DNA of 18,146 nucleotides from a virus (Duplodnaviria; Heunggongvirae; Uroviricota; Caudoviricetes): IMG/VR virus record IMGVR_UViG_2534682222_000018, positions 1 to 18,146 of that record; one strand, 5' to 3'. Shown piece by piece: positions 15,318 to 18,146 of this stretch (position 1 is its first letter; each line of letters starts with the position of its first letter). The notes under the pieces were generated by a model. It saw only the letters and a program-made list of their open reading frames with translations, ran no database searches and was not told where the DNA came from. The position numbers and the translations under genes were made by a program.

Positions 15318-16436
15318 ATGATGATGGAAAACACGAATATCGTAACCGCTGAACAGCAGACTCCAAACACGATCTCAGCCAGCAATGCCATTTTCAACGT
15401 GCAGGCTTTAACCCAGCTTCAGTCTGTCGCCGGGTTGATGGCACAGGCAGCCGTAACGGTGCCTGAGCACCTCCGCGGCAATCCGGCAGACTGCATGGCC
15501 ATCATCATGCAGGCGATGCAGTGGGGTATGAACCCTTACGCCGTGGCGCAAAAGACGCACCTGGTTAACGGTGTCCTGGGATACGAAGCGCAACTGGTTA
15601 ATGCGGTGATCTCCAGCTCAAACGCCATCGTTGGCCGCTTTCACTATGAGTACGAGGGCGACTGGTCGAAATGTGCCAGCAGCCGCGAGATAACCGTTAA
15701 AAAGCCTGCGAAAGGTGGCGGGACGTACGACAAGAAAGAAATGGTACGCGGTTGGGAAAGTGCTGATGAACAAGGACTGTCGGTACGGGTAGGTGCCGTT
15801 ATTCGCGGTGAAAGTGATATCACCTGGGGAGAGCCTGTTTTCCTCTCCAGCGTAATCACACGTAATTCTCCACTTTGGGTATCAAACCCGAAACAGCAGA
15901 TCGCTTATCTGGCACTCAAATACTGGGCGCGCCTGTATTGCCCTGCAGTTGTTCTTGGTGTGTACACCCCTGATGAGATTGAACAGCGCACAGAAAAAGA
16001 GATCAACCCAACGCCGCAACGCGTTAGCCTGGCTGATATCTCAGGTGACACCGTCACAACCACGCAAAGCGCACAGGAATCGTCGGTAAATGTCGACTCT
16101 CTTGCCGATGATTTCCGCGAACGCATCGAATCTGCTCAGGACGTGGATAGCGCCAAATCGCTGCGTGCCGACATTGAAACGGCGAAAGCTACGCTGGGAT
16201 CCGCACTATTCACCGAGCTGAAAAACAAAGCCGTAAAGCGTTATTACCTAGTGGATGCACGCAACAAGGTTGAGGAGGCTATTAAATCCCTGCCCCAGCC
16301 CGACGAGCCGCATGCAGCCGAACGGTTCGCTGAAGCCGAGCGCATGCTTGCATCTTCAAAGCGTCACTTAGGCGATGAACTGCACGATCAATTCAGCATC
16401 ACCCTGGCGGATATGAAACCGGAATACGTGGCCTGA
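15318..16436 (+). CDS. recT: RecT-family single-strand annealing recombinase
   Basis: 372 aa, coupled to recE with SD AAGGGGA. Three consecutive ATGs at 15318, 15321 and 15324; 15324 is best spaced. Core CMAIIMQAMQWGMNPYAVAQKTHLVNGVLGYEAQL resembles the RecT annealing domain. Confidence 0.8.
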   Translation: MMMENTNIVTAEQQTPNTISASNAIFNVQALTQLQSVAGLMAQAAVTVPEHLRGNPADCMAIIMQAMQWGMNPYAVAQKTHLVNGVLGYEAQLVNAVISSSNAIVGRFHYEYEGDWSKCASSREITVKKPAKGGGTYDKKEMVRGWESADEQGLSVRVGAVIRGESDITWGEPVFLSSVITRNSPLWVSNPKQQIAYLALKYWARLYCPAVVLGVYTPDEIEQRTEKEINPTPQRVSLADISGDTVTTTQSAQESSVNVDSLADDFRERIESAQDVDSAKSLRADIETAKATLGSALFTELKNKAVKRYYLVDARNKVEEAIKSLPQPDEPHAAERFAEAERMLASSKRHLGDELHDQFSITLADMKPEYVA

Positions 16437-16474
16437 CGAGACCGGGAGGGGTAACCCTCCCTCAAGGAGATTAT

Positions 16475-16717
16475 ATGCGACTGATCAATCAAGGAAGTAA
16501 GCAATCACCTTTAGCTCGCCAAGCATGCGACATCGCGCTGGCAGCTCACTTGCAAACATATGGCGACTATGGGCGAAGCAAGATGAAAGAGACTTATACG
16601 GTGAAGGTTGAAGGCGTGAAAGTCTGGGTGGAGGTGGTGAACCGAAAGGCGAGCTACGTGGCCACAGCGATGACCGGCATGCGCCGTCTCCGCTCCCTGC
16701 CCGGGCAGGTTGGTTGA
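16475..16717 (+). CDS. Hypothetical small protein (80 aa)
   Basis: ATG 16475 with SD AAGGAG and 6-nt spacer, immediately after a hairpin. No family recognised. Confidence 0.4.
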   Translation: MRLINQGSKQSPLARQACDIALAAHLQTYGDYGRSKMKETYTVKVEGVKVWVEVVNRKASYVATAMTGMRRLRSLPGQVG

Positions 16718-16758
16718 AAAAGATTTTGAATGGCCCGAACGGGCAACTGGAGAGAGCT

Positions 16759-16956
16759 ATGGATGATATTTTGGTAACGTCAGACCTGACCAGTCGCTAC
16801 AAAATTTCACGCAAAACCCTTTGGTCATGGCAAAGTGCAGACACAATGCCTCGGGGCTTCGTATGCCCGTTCCCACCCCCTGACTGGCCCGGCAACCCTA
16901 ACCGCTGGCGCTCTGAGTCAATCAAAGAGTGGGAGGATAAAAAGAAGATAAATTAA
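16759..16956 (+). CDS. xis: AlpA/excisionase-like DNA-binding protein
   Basis: 65 aa from ATG 16759 (SD GGAG); the track ORF starts at TTG 16714. Segment [21 protein letters not shown] is a recalled AlpA/Xis-type HTH signature. Confidence 0.6.
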
Positions 16957-18146
16957 CTGAAGGGCTCTCCGATGATCTCTTCAAGATGGCTCTGCCAAAC
17001 GCGGAGCCAGTGTTTCTGATCATCGATATAGTCATGAAGGTTGTAATGCGCCATAACCCCCACCATCTGATGCCCGAGCAGCTTTTCAATTACGTGCGGC
17101 GGGCAACCTAACTCAGAGAGATTTGTGGCTATCGTCCGCCTCATATCATGAAGCGACCACTCTGCCATACCTGTTCCATTCCAAATAGAACGGGCGTAAT
17201 TGGATGCCACAGGTGAATGAACGGGCGAATCTTTGATCCCGCCATCAATTTTACGTTGTGAAGTCACCAGGTGATTGGTGTTTATTTTCTTGAGGTGATT
17301 TCTGACCAGGTTAACGGCGGCGTCTGAGAGTCCCCTTCTAATATGTACCCGAGTTTTATAACTGCCCGCAGGCACGACCCACTCATTATCATCCAATCGA
17401 AACCATGATCTCTCACTAAGTCGAATCTCAGCCGTACGGCATCCGGTAAGCATAATAAATTTCACCAGGAAAACGGACTCTATCGACATATGGCTTTTCA
17501 ACCACTGATAGATTTTGCGCAGATCGTCATCGTCCATCCTGCGAGTTCTCTTTTTAGGCTTTTGCCCGACATCAGATGGCAGTAATCCCTCGAGTGGGTT
17601 TGAGGCGATCACACTTCTGTTAACGCAGAACCTAAACGCCCGTTTGCACAGCGAAAGCATGTAATGAGCCATCACCCTGCTTTCTATAGAATCGAAGACG
17701 TTGATCCAGTGCATTTTCGCTGTGTTATCGACTTTGACATTCTTCATCGGTTCGGCGATATGTTTCTCAAACACCTGGCGATAGTAATCGACTTTAACTA
17801 GCCCGTTAGCGATACAGTGCCTTTCAATCCAGTAATTGAACGCTTCGGCAACGGACATCGCTTCCTGTCGGGTCTGCTTATCCAGCTTCACCTGCTCTCG
17901 CGGATCCAGTCCCTCAGTTAACCAGTTTCTGAATTGTTGGCGACGCTCTCTTGCCTGGGTGATACTCATTGCAGGATAATCACCAACATTGAGTTTTACC
18001 GCTTTACCGGCCCAGCGATACCGATAGAAAAATGATATTTTTCCGGCCTGGCTGATTCTGGCGTTGAGCCCGTGCGAATCAGAAATAATCTCGATATCAT
18101 CTCTTTTCTTGCCGAGCGCCTTCCTGAGCTTTGTGTCGGTGATCAT
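16953..18146 (-). CDS. int: Tyrosine integrase (P4-type, N-terminal arm-binding domain)
   Basis: 397 aa. N-terminus [10 protein letters not shown] typical of P4-like integrases. C-terminal catalytic signature LHDMRRT ... LGHQ ... AHY. The ATG is the last codon of the window (18144-18146). Confidence 0.85.

Noticed and set aside
1-18146. CRISPR arrays, tRNA/rRNA genes, IS elements or transposases, attL/attR
   Set aside because: No regularly spaced repeat-spacer array, no tRNA-like T-arm/acceptor signature, no transposase-like ORF or terminal inverted repeats were seen by eye; the att site is probably beyond the integrase end of the window.

Overview
This window is the early/immunity half of a lambda/Rac-like lambdoid prophage, read here from the late-gene antiterminator Q (left edge) to the integrase (right edge). 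All calls come from reading the sequence and the ORF track by eye; no searches were run, and family assignments rest on recalled motifs. Minus strand, transcribed right to left as the PR operon: cro, cII, O-like initiator with internal ori iterons, P, ren, a four-gene accessory insert, then the nin module (ninB, ninE-like, NinI phosphatase, DUF1364, RusA-like) and Q. Most of these genes are chained by ATGA/GTGA/TGATG stop-start overlaps. Plus strand: a leaderless cI-like repressor, followed by an AT-rich two-gene module ending in a strong terminator, then a PL-like promoter with operators, a long GC-rich leader, several small ORFs, recE, recT and an AlpA/Xis-like gene converging on a P4-type integrase. 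The best candidate for an undescribed system is the two-gene module at 8772-9766, which sits in the rexAB position downstream of cI and whose second gene resembles a YafO/RelE-fold toxin. A second candidate is the accessory insert between ren and ninB (3004-5359). Neither the att site nor the lysis/structural genes are in the window.
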